Positions 19,303 through 29,829 of a stretch of DNA of 64,000 nt are shown in pieces. Where the stretch lies: NCBI GenBank assembly GCA_048938105.1, contig JBHLMN010000003.1, positions 32,001 through 96,000 on the forward strand. Reading direction: 5' to 3'. Origin of the DNA: Promethearchaeota archaeon (GTDB lineage Archaea > Asgardarchaeota > Heimdallarchaeia > Hodarchaeales > Hodarchaeaceae). The position numbers and the translations under genes are program-made. The notes under the pieces are model-generated. The model worked only from the letters and a program-made list of their open reading frames with translations. It was not told the DNA's origin and did no database searches. Position 1 is the stretch's first letter. Each line of letters starts with the position of its first letter.

Positions 19303-19758
19303 CTAGTTGGGATTATATCGAGATTTAATTAGAAATTCGTTTACTACTACTCCAATCATGGTTCCAATCACTGATACTGGGACTAATAAAAAAATCATGG
19401 GTATAGTTGAAGCAACTTGTTGAAAAGCAAAGAAATCGCCTTCACCAGGAAATATGCCTACGAAAGCTGGTAATGCACGAGTGAATGATGTTAGAATAAT
19501 GGTACCAAACACTGACAGAGCCATTGCTAAGAATGAATCTCTAATATCATCGTTAATAAGTCCAATGAAGAATGCTGGTATGATTATTATAAATCCTGCT
19601 GTTAGTTGGGTCAAAGGAATAACTTGAGTAAATGAGACATGAAGAATTGCACTTGAAACGATAATTGCACCAATGATTGAGATCAAGAATGCGAGAATGC
19701 GATTTGATTTTGGTGGTGATCGGTCAGATAAGGAGTCTAAATGCATACTAGATACCAT
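19303..19758 (-). CDS. Four-TM membrane protein
   Basis: Four hydrophobic segments, co-oriented downstream of oppB. Confidence 0.7.
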   Translation of the reverse strand: MVSSMHLDSLSDRSPPKSNRILAFLISIIGAIIVSSAILHVSFTQVIPLTQLTAGFIIIIPAFFIGLINDDIRDSFLAMALSVFGTIILTSFTRALPAFVGIFPGEGDFFAFQQVASTIPMIFLLVPVSVIGTMIGVVVNEFLIKSRYNPN

Positions 19759-19809
19759 GACTGTTTTTTGTTATTATAAAAGGCCAAATTCTGGTCTAAT
19801 AACTAATTT

Positions 19810-20808
19810 CTAACCATATTGAATCCGTGGATCTAAAACTCCGTATAAAATGTCAGCAAGGACATTGGCAATAATGACACATACAGCAATCAACCAGAAG
19901 ATAGCCTGGGTTACGGGCCAGTCGTACGAAAGGAGAGAACTAAAGAGTAATCGGCCCATACCATTAAAAGCAAAAACAGTTTCGGTTAAGACGGCACCAC
20001 TAACAATGAATGCAAATTGAATGGCAATCACTGTTATGAGAGGTAAAAAAGCGTTACGAACGCCGTGTTTAAATAATACCGTACGTTCTTCAAGGCCCTT
20101 TGCTCTTGCTGTAAGAATGTAGTCTTCAGTAAGGACTTCAACCAAGGTATTACGCATAAGCAACATATACCCACCGAAAAATGCAAGTGTAAGTGTGGCT
20201 ACTGGTAGTGCTAAATGCCAAGCGAGATCAAATATTAAAAGTATCGGGTTGCTAGGTACAGGAAAACTTACAGTATGCCCTAAGGGGAAAATGGGTATAT
20301 AATACGCAAAGAATAAGATTAAAATCATACCAATCCAGAATACAGGAAAACTATACAAGGAGAGACCAACTGTAATAAAAGCAGTATCAATTTTTCCTCC
20401 ATGACGGCTAGCAATAAAAATACCGGAAACTATCCCAAGAACTACGGCTATAATCGTTGAAGCACCCATAAGGATAAGTGTGTTAGGTAATCGTTCCATG
20501 ACCTCATCAACAACGGGACCCAGTGTTTCGAAACTTTGCCCAAATTGAAGGGTTACCATATTTTGCATATATAATAAGAAGTGATTAAACCATTCCTCAA
20601 ATCCCGCATTTCTTTCAGGAATTCCATACTGTCTTCTAACTTTTTCAATTGACCTAGGATCCATATTCGGATTGATATATAAGCTCATTGGATCCATTCC
20701 AAGGACAAAAATGGGAAGACGAAAAAGAAAGAAGTTAAGGACTAAGGTAGTTATGAATAGAACAACAGCAATAATAGAACGTTTTAATAAATATGTACGT
20801 AGGCTCAT
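19810..20808 (-). CDS. oppB: Peptide/nickel ABC transporter permease (OppB/DppB)
   Basis: ERLPNTLIL, EAA loop EDYILTARAKGL, GAVLTETVF and DPRIQY. Confidence 0.92.
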   Translation of the reverse strand: MSLRTYLLKRSIIAVVLFITTLVLNFFLFRLPIFVLGMDPMSLYINPNMDPRSIEKVRRQYGIPERNAGFEEWFNHFLLYMQNMVTLQFGQSFETLGPVVDEVMERLPNTLILMGASTIIAVVLGIVSGIFIASRHGGKIDTAFITVGLSLYSFPVFWIGMILILFFAYYIPIFPLGHTVSFPVPSNPILLIFDLAWHLALPVATLTLAFFGGYMLLMRNTLVEVLTEDYILTARAKGLEERTVLFKHGVRNAFLPLITVIAIQFAFIVSGAVLTETVFAFNGMGRLLFSSLLSYDWPVTQAIFWLIAVCVIIANVLADILYGVLDPRIQYG

Positions 20809-20940
20809 TACAACACCTTCAAAAAATTTTACCTTTTTTTTCTAAATTTAGCCTTTTGATAAAGTGATTAGGATTTTAGCGCCAGCCTCAATAAAATATT
20901 AATAAATATATTTGAAGTAAATTAATAAGTCTATTCATGA

Positions 20941-21201
20941 ATGCAAAATCATCTTTCAGGTGAGGTAATATTGAGTAAGAAATATGAATTCCAAGCACTC
21001 ATCGCAACTCGTCCAACTTTAAAATGGTTCATTCTAATAGGAATAGGGATAATGATCATTGGTCTCTTCATCATTATGTTCATTTCACCCTTTATTGGCT
21101 ATCTAGTATTATGGGCTGGTATCATAATAGTTACATTATCGTTAATAGCTCTGCTTTTTCTCTGGTTTTCCGATCGGATTCTTCCTCAACCAAAATATTA
21201 G
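20941..21201 (+). CDS. Small two-TM membrane protein (TTG 20971 is an alternative start)
   Basis: Two hydrophobic helices. GAGGT precedes TTG 20971. Confidence 0.6.
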   Translation: MQNHLSGEVILSKKYEFQALIATRPTLKWFILIGIGIMIIGLFIIMFISPFIGYLVLWAGIIIVTLSLIALLFLWFSDRILPQPKY

Positions 21202-21247
21202 CTAGGATATTATGTTCTAAAAGGGGGTTCTCACTTCTTCCATCAAT

Positions 21248-21751
21248 CTATGTTGTTATCACTTCAGCACCTTGGAAAGGTTGGGATCTGTCGTATCCAC
21301 TTCTACCTATAATATTACTATCGATATTTACTTGAATGACGAAGAACCAACTCCAGGTCTCATTATGATCTGCCTCGTTAAAAAAGACAACAGCTTGTGG
21401 TCGAATGTTATAAGCCCATGTAACAGAAACATTCTCTCTTGGACTAATGATCCTTGAAAACCACTTTTGGCCGCCAAGGTATTCAGGAGTTTCTCCGTTC
21501 AAGATGATTGTACGAACTGTAATCGAGCGGAACTCGAAAGAGGATATATGTGATGGATTCCAGATAATAGCAGAGATTTTCAAGCTAACAATGTCACCAG
21601 TACTATTCTTTATTACTGCTACATCAAATATTTGAAACTCAAAATTCACTATAATATTATATGCCTCAATTTCATATATTGTTGAGTATAATAAAAATCC
21701 TGAAAAAGTAATGACTATCAGAAACCAAGGAATTAATACAATTTTCCTCAT
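21248..21751 (-). CDS. Membrane-anchored beta-sandwich protein (LEA2/WHy-like, tentative)
   Basis: N-terminal TM followed by beta-rich sequence with an IWNPS motif. Confidence 0.55.
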   Translation of the reverse strand: MRKIVLIPWFLIVITFSGFLLYSTIYEIEAYNIIVNFEFQIFDVAVIKNSTGDIVSLKISAIIWNPSHISSFEFRSITVRTIILNGETPEYLGGQKWFSRIISPRENVSVTWAYNIRPQAVVFFNEADHNETWSWFFVIQVNIDSNIIGRSGYDRSQPFQGAEVITT

Positions 21752-22034
21752 TTTAACTATCCTTTTGACTTACTCTTTCGTGTTTATTTGTTTAATGTAC
21801 TAATACTCAAATTTTGTATAGGCATAAATTTGTATCTTAGCTCGTTAAAAGATTAATAAACTTATTGAATAATGCAAGTTCTCCCGTTATATTAATATAG
21901 GTAACTAATAGAAAGCTACAAACCGCCCGTAACGGTTATATGAAAAATAAACGCAGATGAAACGCCGCAAACCATTAGTATTTATAATATTAATTTAAGA
22001 AACTGTTGGGTTAAAGAAGCGCTTCTAATCTGGG

Positions 22035-23528
22035 GTGTTTATACTGGAAAAATCTAGGATTATCCATAGAAAAAGCCGTATTGATCGGATTAAGGGTGTT
22101 ATGAAAAGATATTGGGAGGTGAAGCATGGAATCATTGGTCTTGGAATTGTCATTATGTTCGCAATTTTGGCTATTTTAGCCCCTGTTGTTTTTCCTGAAT
22201 ATCCAGGCCAATTAGCTCGTATTGGGCCTGATTATGCTGCTCCTGAATGGACAGGTTTTATGGATCCCAGTGCACCACCTTTCGGAAATTATGTTCCCAA
22301 CCATGGTTTTGAGGATGAATCAATGTGGTCATTTAACGTATATGCAGGAACAAAAGGTGGTACCACGGACAACCAAACAGGATTCTATAATTACGATACA
22401 AAAGAATTTTCTCAAGGGAAACAATCAGTAAAATTAACTCTCTTTGATAATAGTACTACTATAGGATACAACACTGGAGTGAAGGGGGTAGCTAACTTTC
22501 ATTATGATTACAGTTTTCCACAAATGGTTTATGTAAATTTCACCGTAAAATCCAATTTAACGGGCAATATAGATCCAAAAGATGTTAAACCATACGTCCA
22601 GCTACTTATGCCCAAGAGTTATACTTCATTTCAGTCTATCGCTCTTTTTGAAGTCGAACCTGTCTATCCGACTGAATGGAAAAATGTTTCTCGAAAACTT
22701 CATCAACTTGGCACCCGCACCATATTTGCGAAGGGCCGAGATGTGACAATAGAATTTGGATTAGAGTTTGATGGCGCGGTTCCTTCAGATACAGGAACTG
22801 TAGAATTCTGGTTTGATAATATTCAGGTTTTTTGCTATCCAGCATTTTGGGGTCCTCTTGGTACTACCGATAGAGGCCAAAATGTCCTTGCTCAACTTTT
22901 TTGGGGAGCACAAGTATCACTGTACATTGGAATAGTAGCAACAGTCATTGGAGTTACAGTTGGGCTTTTTGTTGGATTGGTTTCGGGATATTTTGGAGGC
23001 ATTGTGGATGAATCACTTATGCGAATAGTTGACTTCTTCCTAATTATGCCTGGTTTACCTATCATGATGGTACTTTCTGCTTTACTTAGTCCAAGTTTGG
23101 AAGTAACAGTCATTGTAATCGCCCTTTTTGCTTGGCCGGGACCTTCAAGAGTTATTCGTTCACAGGTTTTGGTTGAAAAGGAAAAGGCTTACGTTGAGGC
23201 AGCAAAAGCTGCAGGGGCTGGGGATGTCTATCTCATCTTTAAACATGTATTTCCAAACGTATTAACTCTGGTTTTCATCCAGGCTGCAACGGGTGTGTCA
23301 GGAGCGATTCTTCAGGAATCAGGTTTGAGTTTTCTAGGATTAACACCACAAAACCTTGTTTCTTGGGGACGCATGCTACAAGCAGCTTATGCTACTGGAG
23401 GAATTACAATTGGAGCATGGTGGTTTGTGATACCACCTGGTTTTATGATTGCAGCACTTTCTTTGGGCTTTGTATTCATTGGATATGCTGTTGACAAGGC
23501 AATGAACCCACGATTACGAAAATTATAG
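22035..23528 (+). CDS. oppC: Peptide ABC transporter permease (OppC/DppC) with a large extracytoplasmic insert
   Basis: PLGTTDRGQ, EAA loop YVEAAKAAGA and NPRLR. About 200 aa are inserted after TM1. Confidence 0.9.
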   Translation: MFILEKSRIIHRKSRIDRIKGVMKRYWEVKHGIIGLGIVIMFAILAILAPVVFPEYPGQLARIGPDYAAPEWTGFMDPSAPPFGNYVPNHGFEDESMWSFNVYAGTKGGTTDNQTGFYNYDTKEFSQGKQSVKLTLFDNSTTIGYNTGVKGVANFHYDYSFPQMVYVNFTVKSNLTGNIDPKDVKPYVQLLMPKSYTSFQSIALFEVEPVYPTEWKNVSRKLHQLGTRTIFAKGRDVTIEFGLEFDGAVPSDTGTVEFWFDNIQVFCYPAFWGPLGTTDRGQNVLAQLFWGAQVSLYIGIVATVIGVTVGLFVGLVSGYFGGIVDESLMRIVDFFLIMPGLPIMMVLSALLSPSLEVTVIVIALFAWPGPSRVIRSQVLVEKEKAYVEAAKAAGAGDVYLIFKHVFPNVLTLVFIQAATGVSGAILQESGLSFLGLTPQNLVSWGRMLQAAYATGGITIGAWWFVIPPGFMIAALSLGFVFIGYAVDKAMNPRLRKL

Positions 23529-24539
23529 GTGAAATCAATATTGTCCCTTCGTGTTGAAGACCTTAAAGTATACTATAACATGAAACGCGGCACATGTCGA
23601 GCAGTTGAAGATATCTCCTTTAAAATCGAAAAAGGAGATTCAGTCGGGCTTGTTGGGGAATCTGGATGCGGAAAAAGCACAGTTGCATTTGCTCTGCTTC
23701 AAATGTTACCTTTCCCTGGTGAAATCATGGATGGTCATATATATTATAATGATGAAGATCTAGTGGAATTTTCTGAGGGTCACATGCGTCAATTCCGTTG
23801 GAAGAAAATGTCCATGGTGTTTCAAGGTGCGATGAATGCTCTTAATCCTACAATAAGGGTTAGTGAACAAATTACTGAAGCTATTAGGCAACATGAGCCA
23901 AAGGTTACTCAAAAAGAAGCACTTGAAAGAGCACGCGATCTTTTTAACTTGGTTGGTATAGATCCTGATCGAGTAAATCACTATCCTTTTGAATTTAGTG
24001 GAGGAATGAAGCAACGATCGATGATTGTTATGGCATTGGCTTGTAATCCTGAATTTGTTATTGCTGATGAACCAACGACAGCATTGGACGTTACAGTACA
24101 GGCTCAAATCATGGAACTTCTTCGGAAACTCGCTGATGAACTTGGTATCACTCTTATGCTTATCACTCACGACCTCTCCGTCGTCGCAGAAACCTGTCGA
24201 AAAGTTATCATAATGTATGCAGGTAAGATAGTTGAAACAGGGACAATATTTGATATATTCGATAATCCAAGGCATCCTTATTCTCAAGGATTAATTGCCT
24301 CAATACCTTCAATAGAAAAATCACACGATCAAACACTTGCTTCGATTCCTGGCCAACCACCGAATTTGTTAGATCCCCCTCCTGGTTGTCGGTTTCATCC
24401 CCGATGCGAATATGCTCAAGATATATGTCGAGCTGAAGACCCTCCTTTGGAGAATATAAGGGAGGAACACTTTGTAGCGTGTCATCTCTCTTCAGGAAGG
24501 ATAACAGATGCCCGATATAATCCCAACAGGAAGTATTGA
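23529..24539 (+). CDS. oppD: Peptide ABC transporter ATPase (OppD/DppD)
   Basis: GESGCGKS, FSGGMKQR, IADEPTTALD and C-terminal GCRFHPRC...C...VACH. Confidence 0.93.
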   Translation: MKSILSLRVEDLKVYYNMKRGTCRAVEDISFKIEKGDSVGLVGESGCGKSTVAFALLQMLPFPGEIMDGHIYYNDEDLVEFSEGHMRQFRWKKMSMVFQGAMNALNPTIRVSEQITEAIRQHEPKVTQKEALERARDLFNLVGIDPDRVNHYPFEFSGGMKQRSMIVMALACNPEFVIADEPTTALDVTVQAQIMELLRKLADELGITLMLITHDLSVVAETCRKVIIMYAGKIVETGTIFDIFDNPRHPYSQGLIASIPSIEKSHDQTLASIPGQPPNLLDPPPGCRFHPRCEYAQDICRAEDPPLENIREEHFVACHLSSGRITDARYNPNRKY

Positions 24540-25600
24540 CAATGATTAATAATGGAGAACCACTAGTTTCGTGTCGTGACCTTCGAAAATGGTTTGCAGT
24601 TCGCTCAGGTTTTTTTGCCCAACTCCTTGGGAGTCAGATTTGGCTAAAAGCTGTTGATGGAATAGATCTCGATATTTATCCAGAAGAAATGTATTGTCTT
24701 GCAGGAGAATCTGGTTGCGGTAAGACAACTATAGGAAAATTATTGATTGGGTTATTAGAACCCACTGATGGCCATGTGACCATTGATGGTCGTGATCTCA
24801 TGAAACTTTCACGCGGAGAACTACGTAATCTCAGAGCGCAAATTCAGACAATCTTTCAAGACCCCTACTCGTCATTGAATCCACGATTAAGCCTTTATGA
24901 CACTGTTGCTGAACCATTACGGTTGAATAAGCTTGCTGCATCCCCACAAGATGAGGAGGATCGTGTTGTCAAGGCCTTCGAGGCTGTTCAACTTGTCCCT
25001 GCAGAAGAATTCACTTTTCGTTATCCTCATGAACTCAGTGGAGGACAACGCCAACGAGTAGCTATTGCTCGGGCTATTGTCGTTAATCCCAAGTTTATTG
25101 TTGCTGATGAACCTGTGTCGATGCTTGATGTTTCAATTCGTTCCGAAATTTTGAACCTTTTAGAAAGTATTCGACGTAAATATCACATTGCTTATATTTA
25201 CATTACTCATGATCTCTCCGTTGCTAGCTATATTGGTGATTCGATCGCTATTATGTACCTTGGCAAAGTCATGGAGAAAGGATCCATAAAACAAGTCATT
25301 CATGGCGCAGTACACCCGTATAGCAAAGCTTTAATCTCTTCTGTTCCTGCACCGAACCCAGTACGTCAGAAAAAACGTGAAATACTTCCTGGAGAACCTG
25401 GTAGTCCCATTAATCCACCTCCAGGTTGTCTTTTTGCACCACGATGTAAATATGTTCAAAATAAATGTACCATTCAGGAACCACCTTTAGAAGAAATCGA
25501 AAAAGGCCACTTTGTTTCATGTTGGTTCCCTCGCCCTCCAATTGATCTTGGGACAGATCCAGCTGATCTAATTAGACAAGCTGCTGAAAAAACCAATTAA
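24536..25600 (+). CDS. oppF: Peptide ABC transporter ATPase (OppF/DppF)
   Basis: GESGCGKTT, FQDPYSSLNPR, LSGGQRQR, ADEPVSMLD and GCLFAPRC. Confidence 0.93.
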   Translation: MTMINNGEPLVSCRDLRKWFAVRSGFFAQLLGSQIWLKAVDGIDLDIYPEEMYCLAGESGCGKTTIGKLLIGLLEPTDGHVTIDGRDLMKLSRGELRNLRAQIQTIFQDPYSSLNPRLSLYDTVAEPLRLNKLAASPQDEEDRVVKAFEAVQLVPAEEFTFRYPHELSGGQRQRVAIARAIVVNPKFIVADEPVSMLDVSIRSEILNLLESIRRKYHIAYIYITHDLSVASYIGDSIAIMYLGKVMEKGSIKQVIHGAVHPYSKALISSVPAPNPVRQKKREILPGEPGSPINPPPGCLFAPRCKYVQNKCTIQEPPLEEIEKGHFVSCWFPRPPIDLGTDPADLIRQAAEKTN

Positions 25601-25624
25601 TAGTTTTAAGATTGGTGGCTTCTC

Positions 25625-26014
25625 TTGATAGAGACTGCAATTCAAGAGGAGTTAAATATAGTTATCGAGCTTCTAGATGAATGTTTAGAAAAAATGGACG
25701 ATATTATGAGTCCTAAAGCGAAAAACATTCTCTGGCGAGTTTTCTTTCCAGCTGGACAATTCATGGAACAGAAATCTTCAGCAAAATTGGCAGCTAGTAT
25801 TTTAGTCAACATTGATGAACGCTTACGTGAAATGGTAGAAGTCCTCGAGGATCGTAAGCATTCACAGATGCTAACAATCCGTCAATTACTTGATCTCAAC
25901 CTAATTGAAATGGCTGAGCGACTTGTTGATCTACCTGAACGAGCGCAGTATATGATTCCGCAAATTGAGGCTATGAAAAAGAGAGCCACCGCTATTATGA
26001 CAGAAGACAAATGA
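25625..26014 (+). CDS. Hypothetical helical protein
   Basis: 129-codon ORF 24 bp after oppF with helical composition. Confidence 0.65.
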   Translation: MIETAIQEELNIVIELLDECLEKMDDIMSPKAKNILWRVFFPAGQFMEQKSSAKLAASILVNIDERLREMVEVLEDRKHSQMLTIRQLLDLNLIEMAERLVDLPERAQYMIPQIEAMKKRATAIMTEDK

Positions 26015-26076
26015 TAATGCTAAATCAAGCCTTATTTAATTACTAAAATATTATAAAAAAGGATACACTGAATAAC

Positions 26077-29000
26077 TTAGTTTAATTTGTTTTCAGACTT
26101 CTGAGGGGAGTCTACACGTGAGTTCTTAAGTGTTAATATAGATTTTCTGGATTCTTCGTATGGGCTTGGGATAAATCTATGACTTTGATTATGAAATTGC
26201 ACTATTTGATACATTATTAATAATAAGAAAAAACTAATTTCAAAAACTGATAATATTAAGAAAATCACAGGATTAAGAGCTAAATGTGAAAAGGGAGAAA
26301 CCTCACTAAAAAGAAAAGAAGTAGATTCTGTAATCGCTTTAGATGGGGTTTGAAAAAGGAAAAATAAAGATATTTGTATTAAAGCATGAATCAAGATCAG
26401 TCCAATGAATTTAATCTGTCCTCTTGACCCAATTTTTCTCACCCAAATGATTTGCTGGCTGAAATCTAGGCTTGGACTGATCCCACGAAAGACAAGAAAA
26501 CTCCACATTTTCTGAAGGAGGATGACTTCTACGCCTATGATTGCTAAAGAAAGTAGAAAGTAGAATAAAAAAAAAGAGGTACTATAAGATAAACTGATAA
26601 TCATAAGTGAAAAAGGAGCAATAACAGTTATAAGAAGAGCTAACAAAGAAAACGGAGTAACCAAGCAAATAAATGCCCCAAAAATGCCCCAAATGAAACT
26701 TTTTATCAGATGAAGTATTAAATTGTCTGGGAGAGAGTCGTAGGCAAAATAATAAGTAATAGGACTAATAATAGCCAAACCAAGAATGAATAGAAAAGGA
26801 TTAATAAGAAGAAAAGTATCTGGATAGTTTTCTCCGAAATAGAGCCTAATCGGTAAGACATATAGAGATATTCTCCAAAAAAAGTCAAAAGGATTCAATC
26901 CACGAATAATAATATAACCATCGAATAAGTAATTAAAAGTAATTACTACCATTAGCATTAGAAATATGGCTTGAATTTGATGATTATGATCCTTTATAAA
27001 TTTCCACAACGAAGTAGAGGGTGAGGATAAAGCCATTTTCATTTCTTCAGGAATTGTGAGTGATTTCTTATGAAAATTGTCAATATGTAATATGGTATCG
27101 AGTTTTTTCTGATAAAGGTAATATGAATGTGGATGGGATGGTTTTTCGATATATTGACGTCTGATGGGTCGCCCAGAAATAGTGTTAACAACATTTTTCC
27201 TACTAGAACGATATGAAACTACAATTGTACTGATTATTGTAACCAAAAAAGAAAAAAGAACCCACATGGCAATTCTTTCAAGTGGAAACTCAACACTTAC
27301 TGGGATAGAGAGACTTATATACCAAGCCAATAAAACTGCTCCGAATAAGCCATCAAGCGTGCCAATAAAAAGACCTGTTAAACCTAGAGCGATCGATTCT
27401 GACATAAAAATATTAAATACTCCCCGCTTGTTCAATCCTAATGCACGCATAATACCTATTTCTCGTTCCATACGTAAAGTAGAAACAAGAATACATATGA
27501 ATTGAGCTATCGCCGCTAGGATAAATGATTCGATAAATAAGATTTGGAAAATTGCAGATTGGAAACTTAAACTTCTTTCAATTGCTTGTGCATAGAAGTC
27601 TATTGCAGTGACTTCTTTGAATTGAGGAAAATTATGTTCAATCATTGCTTGAGCAGAACTGACATCTCCATCTACATCACACAGAAACCACTTAGCAAGA
27701 GTTGAATTAAAGAATTCTTGGAACCGTTGAGTAGAGATATAGAGGTACTCACCATTCCCAAGAAATACATTTGATTTAATCACAGCAGCGATTGTTACGT
27801 TGACAGTTCTATTATCAGCAGCTTTAATTGTGACATTTGAACCAATGGGCGTAAGAAGCTTTTGAAAAAGAAGGTTTGACACTAATCCATATGTTTTATT
27901 TGTAGAATAGCTCCCCTGCTTCTCATAAAGGAAAAGGAAAGAAGAATAAGTGTAATTATACATTGGTTGAATGGTTTTCTCTGCAAAATATGCGTACCTA
28001 AGAGGATCTACTCCATAAACATAACTAGCAACTCCTTGAACCTCCGTACGCTCTTCTTGGATGAATGATGACTTAAGTATAGGTATACTCCCATCTAGTG
28101 TGTTTGTAAGATTAATGTCTGGGAGTTGACCATCTCTAGCTTCCGCAACTAAATCAATTTTTCCCCACTGTTCCTGAAAATAAACAGGAACAGCTGAAAT
28201 AGCTGCTGCTGACACTAATCCTACAACAATAATAAATGTAAGTGCTAACGCAGAAGTCACAATTGTAAGAAGTGATTTCTGGAATTCTCTTGCAATATTT
28301 CGCATTGAGATAGTTCGTGTAATAACCCCGAAAATGGGGGCAAGGAATTTAAACGCTATTCTCGGTAAGAAGATAAGAATGCCGATCTCTACTAATAAAG
28401 TCCCGAGAAAGATTAATAATACTACAAGAAAGTGTATAGATAAAATCTCAAAGTCAAGAAAGCGAGTAGGGCCAACAAATAATTGTAATATTAAGCCTGT
28501 GAGTGCAAGAAGACCCCCCATGAGTACATTATACTTCCAATATGTAACGAAATTAATAGACGACTTTCCACTCCTCATACGTGAATGAATGTTTTGTACT
28601 ACAGGCATCGAAAGAGCAATAAAAATTGGATACAAACCAGAAATTAAAGATACAATGATTCCAGAAGAAAATGTCGCAAAGAGGGAAGTAGGATGCAAAG
28701 AAAGAGTCTTCACCTTCAAAGTTGGATAGAAATACTGCATTCTCCAAATGAGTAAGATAGCAAACCCGATACCAAAAATCATTCCAAACGAACTTCCAAT
28801 AAGAGAATAAATCAAAATCTCTATCGTAATAGCGATGATGAGCTGCCTAGAATCAGTCCCCACAGATCGAAGTACTCCGATCTCTTTTGAGCGATCACGA
28901 ATCGTTATGGCCAGGATGTTTGTTATAAAAAGAAACTCAACAACGAATGAAGCAAGAATCACTAGGTTCATAGCTGTTTGATATGCACGGATTCCAGATG

Positions 29001-29829
29001 CATCAATGTCAGATATTACTTTTTCAGCCCAAACATAAAATTCGATACCAAGGGTATCTTCTATTTTTTCACTTATTTTTTGAATATTTAGCAGATCCGC
29101 AACAGAAACATCAATTTTGGGCCTTAATATATTCGGTTTTTCAGCGTTTGGGACAATATCAAATAATGTCTCAATATTGATCAAGATGAAAAGGTAACCG
29201 ATATTATTCCCGAAAAATGAAGGATCGTTAATAAGCCCACTTATTCTGAATGTTCTCGATTCCAGATCTACATTAAAATCCCTAGTGTCAATTGAATCAC
29301 CAACTCGTAAACCAGAAGCGAAAGAAAGCCATTGAGAAACAATGACATTGTTACCAGAAAGTAAAGGTTCACCCTTGGTAATATTAAGCTTGGAAAAGTC
29401 AGGATGAGTTTTGGGATCAATGCCATAAATCAAAATGCTAGTATTTGGAAACTCATCCATAATAATTTGATCAAAGGGAAGATGATAAACAGGACTTGCT
29501 TTAGTGACACCTGCGACAGAATTGACATCGTTCGCAATTGCACGTAAAGAGGATAAACCAGTCCACTTCTTCGGAATGACCGAGATGTCAGTATAATTTT
29601 GGTTTCGATTATTAAATATAAAATCATCGTATAATGTATCCACTGAAACAACAATACCTGTTTCTAAAGCGATTGTCAAAAATATACCAATAATTAACAG
29701 TGTACTACGATACTCTGATCGTGTGACATTTATTTTTGCTAATCTAAAAGAAAAACCTAGTTGTCTTAATCTAGTTCCAAGTGTGTTACTTAGAAACAGT
29801 CTTAGAGACGACACATGTGTTCTTTTCAT
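26077..29829 (-). CDS. MacB/FtsX-type ABC permease (two units) with an extra C-terminal multi-TM domain
   Basis: DRSKEIGVLRSVG and EREIGIMRALGL signatures, two extracytoplasmic domains and ~300 extra hydrophobic aa. Confidence 0.88.
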   Translation of the reverse strand: MKRTHVSSLRLFLSNTLGTRLRQLGFSFRLAKINVTRSEYRSTLLIIGIFLTIALETGIVVSVDTLYDDFIFNNRNQNYTDISVIPKKWTGLSSLRAIANDVNSVAGVTKASPVYHLPFDQIIMDEFPNTSILIYGIDPKTHPDFSKLNITKGEPLLSGNNVIVSQWLSFASGLRVGDSIDTRDFNVDLESRTFRISGLINDPSFFGNNIGYLFILINIETLFDIVPNAEKPNILRPKIDVSVADLLNIQKISEKIEDTLGIEFYVWAEKVISDIDASGIRAYQTAMNLVILASFVVEFLFITNILAITIRDRSKEIGVLRSVGTDSRQLIIAITIEILIYSLIGSSFGMIFGIGFAILLIWRMQYFYPTLKVKTLSLHPTSLFATFSSGIIVSLISGLYPIFIALSMPVVQNIHSRMRSGKSSINFVTYWKYNVLMGGLLALTGLILQLFVGPTRFLDFEILSIHFLVVLLIFLGTLLVEIGILIFLPRIAFKFLAPIFGVITRTISMRNIAREFQKSLLTIVTSALALTFIIVVGLVSAAAISAVPVYFQEQWGKIDLVAEARDGQLPDINLTNTLDGSIPILKSSFIQEERTEVQGVASYVYGVDPLRYAYFAEKTIQPMYNYTYSSFLFLYEKQGSYSTNKTYGLVSNLLFQKLLTPIGSNVTIKAADNRTVNVTIAAVIKSNVFLGNGEYLYISTQRFQEFFNSTLAKWFLCDVDGDVSSAQAMIEHNFPQFKEVTAIDFYAQAIERSLSFQSAIFQILFIESFILAAIAQFICILVSTLRMEREIGIMRALGLNKRGVFNIFMSESIALGLTGLFIGTLDGLFGAVLLAWYISLSIPVSVEFPLERIAMWVLFSFLVTIISTIVVSYRSSRKNVVNTISGRPIRRQYIEKPSHPHSYYLYQKKLDTILHIDNFHKKSLTIPEEMKMALSSPSTSLWKFIKDHNHQIQAIFLMLMVVITFNYLFDGYIIIRGLNPFDFFWRISLYVLPIRLYFGENYPDTFLLINPFLFILGLAIISPITYYFAYDSLPDNLILHLIKSFIWGIFGAFICLVTPFSLLALLITVIAPFSLMIISLSYSTSFFLFYFLLSLAIIGVEVILLQKMWSFLVFRGISPSLDFSQQIIWVRKIGSRGQIKFIGLILIHALIQISLFFLFQTPSKAITESTSFLFSEVSPFSHLALNPVIFLILSVFEISFFLLLIMYQIVQFHNQSHRFIPSPYEESRKSILTLKNSRVDSPQKSENKLN

